Assembly: GCA_951406725.2 (NCBI GenBank)
Contig: OX597820.1
Span: 39,308,001-39,372,000 of the forward strand
From: Octopus vulgaris
Lineage: Eukaryota
Direction of reading: 5' to 3'
DNA: 64,000 bases
Shown: piece after piece, positions 1 to 13,419 of the stretch
How the letters are laid out: every line of letters starts with the position of its first letter
How positions within the stretch are numbered: the stretch's first letter is position 1
Notes under the pieces: generated by a model
Told to the model about the DNA's origin: nothing
What the model saw: the letters and a program-made list of their open reading frames with translations, nothing else
Database searches by the model: none
Translations under genes and position numbers: made by a program

Positions 1-410
1 ATTGACGTAACGCTAAATGACGTTAATTGTCGTAACGTTAAATGGCGTTGAATGACGTTAAACGACGTTAAATGACTTTAAATGAGATGACGTTAAATGA
101 CGTTAAATGACGTAATTTAAAATGACGTTTAATGACTATAAATGTGTGACGATAAATTATGCTAAATGATGTGACGTGAAATGACGTTAAATGATGTGAC
201 GGTAAACGACGTTAAATGACGTGATTTAAAATGACATTAAATGACTATGTATGTGTGACGATAAATTACGCTAAATGACATTTAACGTCATTTAACGTCA
301 TTTAACGTTATTTACTGTCACATCATTTAACGTCATTTAACGTCACGTTATTTAGAGTAATTTAACGTCACCCATATAACGTCATTTAACGTCATTTTAC
401 ATCACGTCAC
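1..410. repeat. Degenerate ~10-bp minisatellite (AATGACGTTA) that switches orientation at ~279
   Basis: aatgacgtta/aaatgacgt units over 1-278, then reverse-complement tttaacgtca units over 281-410. Confidence 0.85.
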
Positions 411-781
411 TAAAACTATAGGCAGGACTAAAACTATAGGCTAAAACTATAGATAGGACTATAGACTGACAAAATAGGCTAAAACTACAGGCAAATCTAT
501 AGGCGACAAAAACTATAGGCAGACTATTGACGGCAAAAACTTTAGGCTAAAACTATAGATAAACTTTAGATAAATTATAGATAATCTATAGGCTGAAATT
601 ACTAAAACTATTGGTAGAACTATAGACAAGATACAGGCAAAACTATAGGCGGCAAAAACTATAGGCTGAACTTATAGTTTCCTGCTTATAGTTTAAGCTA
701 TCGTTTGCCTATAGTTTTTGTTGCCTAAATCTTTGTCTATAGTTTCAGCCTATTGTTTGCCTATAGTTTTAGCCTATAGTT
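411..781. repeat. Degenerate ~12-bp minisatellite (AAAACTATAGGC) that switches orientation at ~670
   Basis: aaaactatagg units over 411-668, then cctatagtttt units over 671-781. Confidence 0.85.
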
Positions 782-796
782 ATTATTTATCAAGCG

Positions 797-828
797 TATA
801 TATATATAAATATATATATATATATGTA

Positions 829-893
<65 letters not shown>

Positions 894-918
894 TTATATA
901 TATATATATGTGTGTGTG
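797..918. repeat. (TA)n/(TG)n microsatellite
   Basis: Direct reading. Confidence 0.98.
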
Positions 919-921
919 AGA

Positions 922-1080
922 GACGGACTTTCACACAGCCTCAGTCTACTAAGTTCATTCACAAGGCTTCGGTGTGTCTGAGGCTAATAATTGACACTTA
1001 GCCAAGGTGTCTCGCAGTGGGGCTGAACCTAAGACCACATGACCGGGAAGCAAGCTTCGTAACAGGACAGCCATGCCTGC
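922..1080 (-). mobile_element. tRNA-derived SINE, family A, 5' half
   Basis: Reverse complement resembles 1978-2140 (gcaggcatggctgt...ggttcagccccactgcgagacaccttggctaagtgtc). Confidence 0.75.
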
Positions 1081-1630
1081 ATTTATGAGTATGTGAGTGT
1101 GTATGTGTGTGTGCGTGCGAATAAAGAACGCGTCAATGTGTGTATGTGTGCATAAAATGAATGACATTTTAGACGAATTTGTGGCGATTGAACACATTTC
1201 TCTGTAAGACAGGATGATGGAACAAATTTGTTTTGAATGAATGAAAGATGGACGGAAGGAAAGAAGGAAGGAAGGAAGGAAGTAAAGAAGGAAGGAAGGA
1301 AGGAATGGGTAACTGATGAAATAATGATGGAGGATATTAATCAAGGATTGAGTTATTAATTAAATAGATGATAAATGAATGAGTTAGGAAACAACCTGTG
1401 TAAATAAGTCACTGAATGAATAATTAAATAATAGACTTAACAAATGAGTAAGAGAAAATATAATTTGAATGAATGAATGAATGAGTGAGTGAGTGAATGG
1501 ACAGAGAAAGGAATGAATGATTCGTTACATGAATGAGTCAATATAAATAAGTAAATAAATCAGTGAAAGCCTCGATCAATGAATCAATTGTTTTTCGTAT
1601 TATTTCATATAGTTGTAGTTTCTCATAGGT

Positions 1631-1934
1631 GAAGGCGTGGTTAGTAGTATTCGGCTCAAGATTATGACGTCGGAAGTTCGATTCCCGGCGGCTCGCTTTG
1701 TCTTTGAGCCACTCGAGATACATTATTTCACGTTTGTCCGGTCCACTCGACTAGCAAATATGAGTTGTACCTATAACTGTTATACTCTTTCTCATGCTGT
1801 ATCACCCCCGAGAACTACGTTAAGGGTACACGTAATTTTGAAGTCATCAGCCTCTTGCACGCTAATTCCACGAGCAGTCTGTTCTGTTGATCCGATCAAC
1901 TGGAATCATCGTCGTCGTAAACGACGGAGTGCCA
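1631..1934 (+). mobile_element. tRNA-derived SINE, family C
   Basis: A-box-like gtggttag and B-box gttcgattcc near the 5' end, ~300-bp body; a related head lies on the minus strand at ~58070-58312. Confidence 0.6.
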
Positions 1935-1977
1935 CCAAAAGAGTTTCTTATAGAGGAACATTTGAAGGAGTAGTAGG

Positions 1978-2364
1978 TGCAGGAGTGACTCTCTGGTGGT
2001 AAGCTTGCTTACTAACTACATGGTTCCGGGTTCAGTCTCACTGCGTGGCACATTGAGCAGGTGGGCTGTTACTGTAGCCTCGGGTCGACCAAGGCCTTGT
2101 GAGTGGATGTGGTAGACAGAATCTGAAAGAAGTCCGTCATATATATTTATATGTATATATATGTATGTGTGTGTGTTTGTGTGTTTGTGCTTGTCCTCCC
2201 AACATCAGTTGACAACCGATGCTGGTGTGTTTACGTCCCCTTAAATTAGCGGTTCGGCAATAGAATAAGTACTAGGCTTACAAAGAATATGTCCTGGGGT
2301 CGATTTGCTCGACTAAAGGCGGTGCTCCAGCATGGCCGCAGTCAAACTACTGAAACAAGTAAAA

Positions 2365-2366
<2 letters not shown>
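1978..2366 (+). mobile_element. tRNA-derived SINE, family A, full length with internal (TA)/(TG) tract
   Basis: Pol III B-box-like ggttcagtc; body closely matches the reverse complement of 29062-29452; runs into a (TAG)n tract. Confidence 0.85.
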
Positions 2367-2423
<57 letters not shown>

Positions 2424-2645
2424 TAGTTTCTGTCGTGGTTCAGCTCCTGACGAGCTCGCCAAACAAGTGGAATTATGATGAGAAAAGGAGTTGTAGGTAT
2501 GGAAATAACTTCCCATTTGAAAGATGTTTGGCTACTATTTCTAGCTTGTTGTTCTACCACGTAGAAGCACCCTCGACCTGTATTTATTAGTGATCATAGC
2601 AGTAGTCAAAACAGATCGATACCTGTGGTGGTTAATTTGGGTCGA

Positions 2646-2729
<84 letters not shown>
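2367..2729. repeat. (TAG)n at 2367-2421 and complementary (CTA)n at 2645-2729
   Basis: Direct reading. Confidence 0.95.
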
Positions 2730-2900
2730 GTCTCAATAGGTTCACTGAATGACGTAAAACACTTGAATATCAATTATGCTATTTACAAAAAATAAATGCA
2801 AAAACATTTACTTCCTGTTTCTGTTGTAATGTGCTTTGTTTTGTGTCGTTGGAGTTGGTCCTGTTATTGTCTCCCATGCTGATGGTGACAGTGCTGCTGT

Positions 2901-2936
<36 letters not shown>

Positions 2937-3156
2937 CGATGATGATGACCATGATGATGATGATGATGATGGAGGAGGATGTGGAGGAGGAAAATGATGA
3001 TAATGATGGTGATGCTAAAGGGGATGAGGTGGAGGCGAAGGTGGATGAGAAGGAAAGGGGGCGGAAGGTGGTGGTTATGGTGTTGCTGCTGCAGCTGCTG
3101 GTTGTGGTGGTGCAGATGGAGTTGCTGATGGTGATGACAGCGATGATGATGGTGAC

Positions 3157-3196
<40 letters not shown>

Positions 3197-3284
3197 GTGA
3201 TGGTGGTGGTGATGATGATGATGATGATGATGGTGATGATGGTGGTGGTGGTGGTGGTGATGATGATGATGGTGGTGGTGGTGG

Positions 3285-3318
<34 letters not shown>

Positions 3319-3504
3319 GGTGGTGGTGGTCGTCGTCGTCGTCGTCGTCGTAGTGACAGTATTTATGATAATGGTAAGGATGATGAAAAAGGTTAGGTTG
3401 AGGGAAACGATCGTAAAGTGGTTTTCTTTGCGATGACGATGATGAGGAGGAAGAGGAAAAGAGAAGGCTGGTGATACAGGGGTGATGTTGTTGTTGTCGC
3501 TGCT

Positions 3505-3552
<48 letters not shown>

Positions 3553-3575
3553 AATGATGATGATGGTGGTGGTGG

Positions 3576-3606
<31 letters not shown>

Positions 3607-3607
3607 A

Positions 3608-3657
<50 letters not shown>

Positions 3658-3690
3658 GGTGGTGGTGGTGGTGGTGGTGGTGGTGGTGAT
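2901..3690. repeat. Compound (GAT)n/(GGT)n/(GTC)n/(CTG)n trinucleotide region
   Basis: Direct reading. Confidence 0.95.
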
Positions 3691-3996
3691 GGAGTGGCTA
3701 GTGACGGTAAAGATGTAGTGGGGTGATATCAGATGGAAAATGGGAGTAACTGGCAGTGTATAGTTTTACTGATGGCGCATTGGAGGGACTGCAATACCAT
3801 TGTTAATGACGAGAGTGGTTGTTGTTGTTGCTGCTGTTGTTGGTGGTGTTGTTGTTATTGGAATGGTAGTAGGAGGAGTTGCTGTTGTATAGGTGGCTGC
3901 TTCGGTAATGCTATTTATGGCACCGAGTGCAAACGTAGATGATCATCCACCAGAAACAATATCAGTGTGCCTACACACACGCGCGCACACACACAA

Positions 3997-4286
<290 letters not shown>

Positions 4287-4944
4287 CGCTGTTGATTCTA
4301 TTCAGTTAGCTTGTCTGACACACCTACTCAGGTACATATGTCACACGAATAATGAACAATGTAAAAGTGTTCAGCTGAAACACTTCATATTGTGTTCAAC
4401 GTTATAGGCAATTAATATTTGATCTTAGAATAGATGTGAAATAAAAGAAACAACAGAATGCTAGAGGAATGCGTTCCACACACACTTTAATTCCACCGCT
4501 CTCTATTCATTTCAAACTTCTGTGGCTGAAGTCAACAAGGTAGATATTCGGAACATACCGGAATAGACTGGAATTGACTAGAATGAACTAGAATCAATTC
4601 TATCGACAATTACCAATTTTCTGATACATTTATCACCTTGTACCAATGTTGGAAATCAATAGTTAATCAAGTACAAGATGATAAATTTAGAAATAACGTT
4701 GACTGATTAAGAGAATAGATTGGAAAGAAGAAAAAAAAGCTAAACGCCCTGCGATATTTCGTTATGTTCTTTTCCGTTTTGACCTTTAAATACTGTGAAG
4801 AACTGGGACCGATATAAGAAACTATACCTCTCCCTATTTAGAGAATTTTGCTCCTTTGTAAAAAAAAACAAGGTGTAAATAAATAATATATGGATAGCGT
4901 CGGTTTAAGCAACAGAACAGTACAGTTATGCGTATTTTATAGCA

Positions 4945-5010
<66 letters not shown>

Positions 5011-5163
5011 CAGCAGCAGCAGCGTCGGCGGTGGCAGCGGCGGTAGTGGTGGTGGTGGTGGTGGTAGCAAATTATTCAAATTTACAGAAAAGCAAAATAT
5101 GAAGACAGGTAAAGGAACAACAAGCAGGTGTATTAGTTTGATGTTCGAGAAGAATGGAAAAGT

Positions 5164-5199
5164 CTTTGACGTTTCGAGCCTAAGCTCTTCGACCGAAAG
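5164..5199 (-). ncRNA. Degenerate hammerhead-like motif in a dispersed repeat (same family as 24356-24391)
   Basis: Minus strand reads cttt-CGGTCGA-agagc ttag gctc-GAAA-cgtc-aaag; the core deviates from CUGANGA. Confidence 0.4.
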
Positions 5200-5289
5200 G
5201 AATGAGAAGGGAAAAAGTGGAGAGAGAACGAAAAAACGGAGTGGGAGAAATGTGTAGGGATTAACGGTTTAACCTGCAGCAGTAGCAGC

Positions 5290-5343
<54 letters not shown>

Positions 5344-6660
5344 TGTTGTTGTTGTTGTTGTTGTTGTTGTTGCTTTTGTTGAGCAAACCTATGATCAAAG
5401 ATATGACCATCAAACATTAAGATTTTTTTGTCTGTTTTATCGTTTTCTTTTGTTTACTTGTTTCTTATCATAGTGTAGTCTCCTGGGTTAGATTATCTCA
5501 TGGTTTTCCTGGCTTATGACGTTTAGGTATTATTTGAAAGCGATATGGTTCCTATTTTTGTAGATTGTGAGACCATGCCATGTCTCTCTTTTTGCTTTTC
5601 ATTTTATTTTTTCTTATCTAGTATGTACCCCCACTGCTCCTGGTATAAACCAAATCAGAATTAATGCTATTTAGCCTTGTTCTGAGATCGATAACTTGAT
5701 CTTCTTCAAGAATTGGAACACAGGTTGATCTTGAGTCTACTTAAAACTAGTGATCATTTCTTCTAGACACGACAGACGAAACTAGTATATTTTTACAGGG
5801 TAATATTTTGTGACCATATATTTCGTGTCCATATTTTGTGACCAGCATTGTGTCCAGCGATGTGTAGCAGCATCTGATAGCCTGGTCGGTCACGGTGATC
5901 ACGGTGATATTTTTACAGTGTTATAATTTTTACAGTGTTATATTTTCACAGGGTTACATTTTTACATGATATATTTTATCAGGCGAAAGGGAGAGTAAGC
6001 CCAACCAAAATAGGTGTTAAACTTGCTCTCCCTCATTATCCGATCGAATATCATAAGAAGTAAACTTTGTAACGAGCCAAACAAGTAATCAGATCATGAT
6101 CACTTAGAAAAATAAATCACCTTCAAAATACACCTTAACAATTTTTAAAAAGTAAAGGCATTTAGATATTTAAAGCTTGAGAGAAAAACAAGATTATCAT
6201 GACTTGGATGCCTTTCAGCACAAGATTTTACTTACTCATGACTGACTAAGGACGAGAGAAGTCAACATTCTACCTAGAGAAGAAATTATGTATCTTCATT
6301 ACTGATTAAAATGATTCTGTGTTGATACTACTTTGAAAGAAAATTATATTCAATGCAGTAAATATGAATATAACTTAGATAGTAGGGGACAAGACGATTT
6401 TTAAAAAAGAAATTACGTATGAGAAACACATTTTTGATATTACAATGTTAGGAACAAAATTTTGATATTAAATGCGAGAACAGATGAATTTTAGAGTAAA
6501 GGATAACAAACTGGAGGTAAGGCCAGCTATTCGTTAAACTTTCACCGGCACCGTGTTTAGTTCGTGATGAAGAGAATCATCTCACAACAACAGTTTACAA
6601 ACTTCCAGTAAATTATATCTGTCACTCCAGTTTTGTTTCACTGTTAAGGCACTTTTTATT

Positions 6661-6942
6661 TTTTTACTGCCCACAAGGAGCTACACAGAGAATGGACAAA
6701 CAAGGACAACAAACGGATTAAGTCGATTGTATCGACCCCAATGCGTAACTGGTACTTATTTAATCGACCCCGAAAGGATGAAAGGCAAAGTCGACCTCGG
6801 CGGAATTTGAACTCAGAAGGTAGCGGCAGACTAAATACCTATTACTTTACTACCCACAAGGGGCTAAACATAGAGGGGACAAACAAGGACAACAAACGGA
6901 CTAAGCCGATTACATTGACCCCAGTACGTAACTGGTACTTAA
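6661..6942 (-). mobile_element. SINE family B (Nin/Deu-domain-like), two partial tandem units
   Basis: Reverse complement contains gaggtcgactttgcctttcatcctttcggggtcga, as in 58691-58921. Confidence 0.85.
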
Positions 6943-7896
6943 CTTATTCTTTGCACCTGTTATGTCGATACCTTGGCAAAACAGTATTGTTTCCTGATTA
7001 AATTCAATTATAATTCCATTTACTTTACTTTTATTCTCAGAAGTCAAGCAATCTCATTCTATGAAATAGTAATTTTATAACATTAAATATCTGAAAAGTG
7101 CTAGATTATACTCTATTATAGATGCAACACTTTATTCTAGGGAGGGCATTTTTTTGCTATTCACTGCAGCGAGGTTGCTAAAATATGCATGAATTCCTTG
7201 CCTGTTGCTATTCCTCCTCGAACTGAATTGACCGTAATTAAAATAATAATAATAATAATAATTTAATTAGCCATTGAAGGTAATATTTTAAAATTTATTT
7301 CTGTAGAACCAATATCCATCATCACTTTTATCTTTCCTACAATTAAAATAAAAGACCGATAAATCAACAATTTCATTTCAAAGAGTTAAAATCCGAAAGA
7401 GTGGCACATTGCCAATGACCAATCAGGTTGTTCTTTATTTCTGTCAGTACGAACAGGAAATTAAAGCAATTTTTTTTTTTTCGTCAGACCATGTGAAGGT
7501 TATTCTGTCCTAACTTCCGACCATAAAATTTCCTGTCTTAGATACTGAAAACGAAAATTGTGTATTTTGCTGTTAACTCTATTGTCAGAAAAAGCTAATC
7601 ATTTGAAATAGCTGGGCAAGTTCGGATATAATTAGAATTGAAACAACTACAATAAACTTAACAACAATAAAAGCAACACCAGAAATAACAACAACAATAG
7701 CTAAGGTAATAAACGCCAAAATACAATAACAGCTATAATAGTAACAGCGTCGATACAAAGCTAAATAACGATTTATTTTTCAGCGGTGAAATAAAAATTT
7801 CATTGTTACTAATTGTTTTGGAGGTTATTTATTGTTACACACACATGTATATACACACAAATACATACATATATACACACACACGCACACACGCAC

Positions 7897-7946
<50 letters not shown>

Positions 7947-8219
7947 GGTGGGACTATTTATTCTCAGTGGGGCTATTGGCTTAGGTTCAAAATAACTGCA
8001 GCATAGTTAATATCAGAACAAAATGTAAACCAATAATATTACAGAAACAAAGGAAATAACTTATAGCTAAGTGGATATAAGGTTTATCCAGTAACCAAGT
8101 GGTTCTCGGTTCACTTTCACTGCACAGTACTTTGGGCATGTGTTATATATGCATAATTCCTTGTCAGTTGTATTTTTATAATGTCCTTTTGTTTCTGTCT
8201 TAGTATACAAAATTATGTG

Positions 8220-8470
8220 TGCAGTTATGGTTGTGTGAAAAAAACATAGCTTCCCAACCACGGGTTTCGGATTCAGTCCCACTGCGAGCAATCCTGGACA
8301 AGTGTTTATAACCCAAAGCCCATCAAAAGCTTGTAAATGCATCCGTGTGTGTATGTGTTCGTGCTCGCGTGCGTGTGTGCATGTGTGTGTGTGTTCGTAT
8401 TCGTGTCTTAGCCAATGCTTGAGAAATGGTATTGGTTTGTTTACATCCCCATAAATTTGCAGTTCGGGAA
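8220..8470 (+). mobile_element. SINE family A, diverged
   Basis: gcttcccaaccacgggtttcggattcagtcccactgcg...ggacaagtgt resembles the 1978 copy. Confidence 0.65.
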
Positions 8471-8996
8471 ACAAAACTTAAAAGTTAAAAGATGTAAAAC
8501 CTGATCAAACGTTTGATTCAATAATGTTTGCTGGTGCATTTATTTTCTTTCATAGATGTTAAGGTACATTAGCATGTAAATAAATGAGAATGAATACATG
8601 GGCAACGATATAGGGATATTATTGTAAACAATAATAGCAAGTGGCAAAGCATGCATAAAAAATACCACGAGGTAAGAAATTATTATTAATTAATAATTAA
8701 TGGTACTACAGGTAACATTGGCGCGTTAAAATTAGCAATCAGAATGCAACTACAACCACAAATTTTCACTGGTACACGTTAATTGAGGTCAGGAGAATGA
8801 GCAAAAATTCTAAGACCCAGTAACAATAATGAAAAGAATCGTAAATTGAATTTTTGCTCATTTCCCCTGACATCAATTAATGTGTATCAGTGAAAATTTA
8901 TGGTTGTAGTTGTAGTTGCCTTCTAAATGGTATTTGTAGCGTGCTAGTGCATCCTGTAGTACCCTTAATTATCAACACACACACACACACACACAC

Positions 8997-9028
<32 letters not shown>

Positions 9029-9257
9029 GCAATAGCCGGGTTTTTTTGTCAAACTATCGTATCTCCAGCTGCTTCGGATGCCAAAATATCAAAAACTGTC
9101 AAAGTGTTGTACAACGGGTTTGCTATGGAATGGTGAAACTATTTTTTTGTTTTCTGAAAAAGCAAGGTCTTGGACTAACGACATCTTTGCATAATAACAA
9201 CGATATCTGTGTGTATGTATGTATGTATGTATGTATGTATGTATGTATGTATGTATA

Positions 9258-9639
9258 TCTCTCTCTATATAAACGGCAGTTTGTCTGTGTGTGTTTCTGT
9301 GTGTCTGTCAGGTTGTACCCTCACCCTGACCACTGCTTTCAACCGATTCTGATGAAACTTGACACACACATAGCCCAATGTCATAATTCAAAACTAACGC
9401 AGCGAAAATTTTGAAAAGTTCCCCCAGTTCTGAAAATAATCGATAAATTCGACATGGGGTCGAGAATCAGAAACACAAACCACAGACTGTCTAGGGGACG
9501 CAACTCGACCTTTTTAACTCTCAAAAAAATTTACTATAATTTTTTTTCCATATTTTTGCTATTTTTTGGCTATAACTCTCTAAAAATGCTTTATAGTTAT
9601 TTCCCTTACAAACCTGAGCAACGCCGGGCGATACTGCTA

Positions 9640-9640
<1 letters not shown>
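9258..9640 (+). mobile_element. Non-autonomous Helitron
   Basis: Begins TC after A; subterminal hairpin cctgagcaacgccggg; ends CTAG before T; no TSD; internal tgtctgtgtgtg tract and accgattctgatgaaactt motif. Confidence 0.8.
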
Positions 9641-9699
<59 letters not shown>

Positions 9700-10311
9700 G
9701 TATGAATTAGAAGCCAACTCGAGTATATAAACAAAATCAACCACACATACACAAGGTGTATATAGCCGTAAGGCTTCGTGGTGTTATATATGATTCATTC
9801 TTTGTACGATGAGTTTTTATAATGTCTTTTTGCTTCTGTCTTAGTATACATTCGCTAGCTTTTTTTCAGTAGCTTAATAACAGCACTGGCGCTTCCAAAA
9901 TTGTGTGGTCTCAATGGTAATGCCGCGAAACCACGTTGATACTTCGGGTCGTTGACTGACGAGGAAACCTCAGCTGCGAATATTCCGTGTATCGTGTCTC
10001 TGTCTAAATTTCCTGTCCGGTAAGTTTTCGTCTAGTTTCCCGTTTACTCTACTTTCATCTAACCGTTACTGCTTGTTGTATTCTTTCTGTTCAACCCTTA
10101 ATATATTTATATATATATATATATATATATATTCATCAGTAACGATAATGATGTATTTAGTTACAGTAATTCGCTTATTTGATAAGCAGTCAGTAACAAG
10201 ACCAATGAACGTGAAAGACCGGTAGTTATTGCTACAACGTAGCTTTACAGTAACGAGTATTGACAGCTGTAATAAGAACGGAAAAATAAAGGCATGAAGA
10301 GAGAATATCTT

Positions 10312-11262
10312 CACATACATACATGCGTACATACATACATACATGCGTACATACATACATACATGTATACATACATACTTACTTACATACATACATACGT
10401 ACATACATACATACATACATACATGCAGGCATACATGCATACATACATACATACATACATACATACATACATACACACATACATACATGCAGGCATACAT
10501 TCATACATACATGCATACATACATACATACTAACATACATTGCTTGCTCATCATTATACGTAATGATAAAACTTTTTACTACCATTTGATTTTCATTTTG
10601 TCGAGAGACCTACATATATACATGCATACACACACATACATACATGCATACATACATACATGCATACATACATACATACATACATACATACATACATACA
10701 TACATACGTACGTACATACATACATACATACATACATACATACATACATACATACATACATGCATGCATGCATGCGTACGTACATATATACATACATACG
10801 TACATACATACATACGTACGTACGTACATACATACATACATATATACATATATACATACATACATACATACATACATACATGCATACATGCATGCATACA
10901 TACGTACATACATACATACATGCATACATACATACATACATACGTACGTACATACATACATACATACATACATACATAAGTACATACATACATACATACA
11001 TACATACATACATGCATACATGCATGCATACATGCATGCATACATACATACATACATGCATACATACATACATACGTACGTACATACATACATACATACA
11101 TACATACATACATACATACATACATACATACATACATACAAACATACATACATACATACATATATACATACATACATACATATACATACATACATACATA
11201 CATACATACATACAAACATACATACATACATACATACATACATACATACATACATACATACA
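10312..11262. repeat. (TACA)n tetranucleotide array containing a duplicated ~68-bp unique block
   Basis: Direct reading. Confidence 0.97.
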
Positions 11263-13116
11263 TTCTCTGCTCATCATTATCCGTAATGATAAAACTTTCT
11301 ACTACCATTTGATTTTGATTTTATCGAGAGACTTATCTGAGGGCAACTGTACTTAAATGAAATTTTAGCTGACAGATTATATTAACTGTTAGACTGACAT
11401 TCATGCTCGTTCCAGATATTTAGGAAGGTGATGGACATAAAATGAATAACTAGAAAGCGGCATCAAGCAATGATTATTTTTCTCTTTTTGACCTCTACTT
11501 AGTTTTATTTTGTAAGGTAGATAGATGTTCGTCACACATCTCACTTCTCAAATTGATGAAATCAATAACTGTGGACGTATCAAAGTCTGATTATTTTTGT
11601 AAACGATTTAATCAAAAGAGAAAGAGTAGAGCCCATAACAGGTTGTCAGGGTGTCCTGGATTACTTGGAGGAAGAGAAGAAATTATTCTCAGCGAAGAGG
11701 CTAAGTCTGGATGCATGAAACAATGTTTATTGAACTGAAGGCATCCAAAGGTCAAAAGGTGGCGTTAGTATCGTACGTACTATTGCTACCCAAGAACGAG
11801 AAGTCCCTCCTATATGTATCTACGCAATTTCTATCTGCTAAATTTTACATATAAGGCTTTAGTCAATTCGAAGATATTGTTGACGATCCTGGTAGACATA
11901 GTTGCAAAGCTAACATCATTACCACACGGCCATACCTGCGCTCATAAAGTGAATTTAGATTGGATTTTATCGACTTTATCTAATTCATTCGCTCAATTCA
12001 CACAATTTCAATTATCAAACAGACGCTAATTAGATACATACACAACGCTTTAATACACTTGGAACATCTGGAGTTGGTCTGGAAAGTTGTATTTAAACAA
12101 ATACCCCTACACCTTTTCCCACCTCTTTAATGCTTGAGGTGTAAGAAAGACGGAGATCTTGATTTTCCTGTGCAAACTACAAAGCAGGAGAGCAAATATA
12201 ATTTGTTTGTAAAATTTTGTTGAATGGTTGCATAAGGAATAATTATTTCCTCTTGTGATCACCATTATGCAATTAACATTATTACTTTTGAAGAAGCGAG
12301 CGCCGTAGATTCAATTTTGCAGGAAGTGACTATGTTTCTATATTGTAACGATCTTTCTTTATCAACTTTTCTAGCTTTGTGATCGATATGACAGTCATTA
12401 AATCCTATTCCGTGTACTCATGTAAGATATGGACTTTTTGTGATATCACTTGAAAATATTGATTAGAATTTAGATGAAAAAGCAACCTGTCTTTTGAACA
12501 GATGTTTCTACGTCACAAATTTAGCTTGCTGAGTTAGTAGCATAATCTGCGACAGACTTTTGATAACGATTTTTGTGATAAACAATGTCGTTTGTTAAAG
12601 GATACTGACGGCAAATGGGCGTTTGCACAAATCCAGCGATACATTTACTACAACAAGATATTTTTGTTAGAAGTCAACGGTTTGTCACTTTTCTCGCAAG
12701 TCAGCGATATATAAGGGGGAAAGATTTATATACATACACGCACATAAACATACACACACACGCTCATACATACATACACACATACATACATACATATATA
12801 CATACATACATGCATACATACATACATACACACATACATACATACATACATACATACATACATACATACATACACACATGCATATGTATGTGGTGTGTGT
12901 GTGTGCGTTCATGTAAATACACGATGGCCTCCCTCCACCGCTCATTTCCATCTACAAAACTTTATTCACAAACCACCGGTCATTTCAAGACAAACGTAAA
13001 AAGCACTTACTTAAGGGGTGGTGCAAATAGATTGAACTTAGAATTAAGCAGTTGTGAAGCAAACTTTTTAATCCACCCTGGAATACCAGCAAGTTTGATG
13101 ATGATATAGATTTTTA

Positions 13117-13419
13117 ATTGAGATGGCAAATATACCTCACATTGTCGTGCAGTTACTGGAAAAAGGATATAAGTATTTGCATTGGGACTCCTTTCATCGA
13201 AAACCGGTGATTGTCGTACGCTGATGACGGGTCAATACCTAGAAACTGCAGTCCGTGCGTATCACTTAGGTTGATGAGGGAAGGATTGCCTCGCTTTGCA
13301 AATACCTATAGCCAGCTGGAGGAGATGTTTTCCTGGGGCTACAAGCTACAGTAACATCACCCTTAGTGGTTAGCCATATTGAGATGGCAAATATACCTCA
13401 CATTGTCGTGCAGTTACTG
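13117..13419 (+). mobile_element. Retrozyme-like 261-nt monomer with 42-bp terminal redundancy
   Basis: attgagatggcaaatatacctcacattgtcgtgcagttactg is exact at 13117-13158 and 13378-13419; internal HHR; homologous to 25109-25740. Confidence 0.75.
13215..13259 (+). ncRNA. Minimal type-I hammerhead ribozyme
   Basis: cgtacg-CTGATGA-cggg tcaata ccta-GAAA-ctgcag (palindromic stem III)-TC^cgtgcg; predicted cleavage after 13253. Confidence 0.8.

Noticed and set aside
1-781. CRISPR-like periodicity
   Set aside because: Degenerate units with no unique spacers, no cas genes, eukaryotic context
1631-1700. tRNA gene calls at SINE heads
   Set aside because: A/B-box-like motifs only, no full cloverleaf, and they continue into SINE bodies
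2831-3718. Plus-strand poly-Met/Val ORFs
   Set aside because: Products of (ATG)n/(GTG)n repeats with no domain signal
9905-9990. ctgacgag...gaaac hammerhead candidate
   Set aside because: Could not assemble consistent stems I-III
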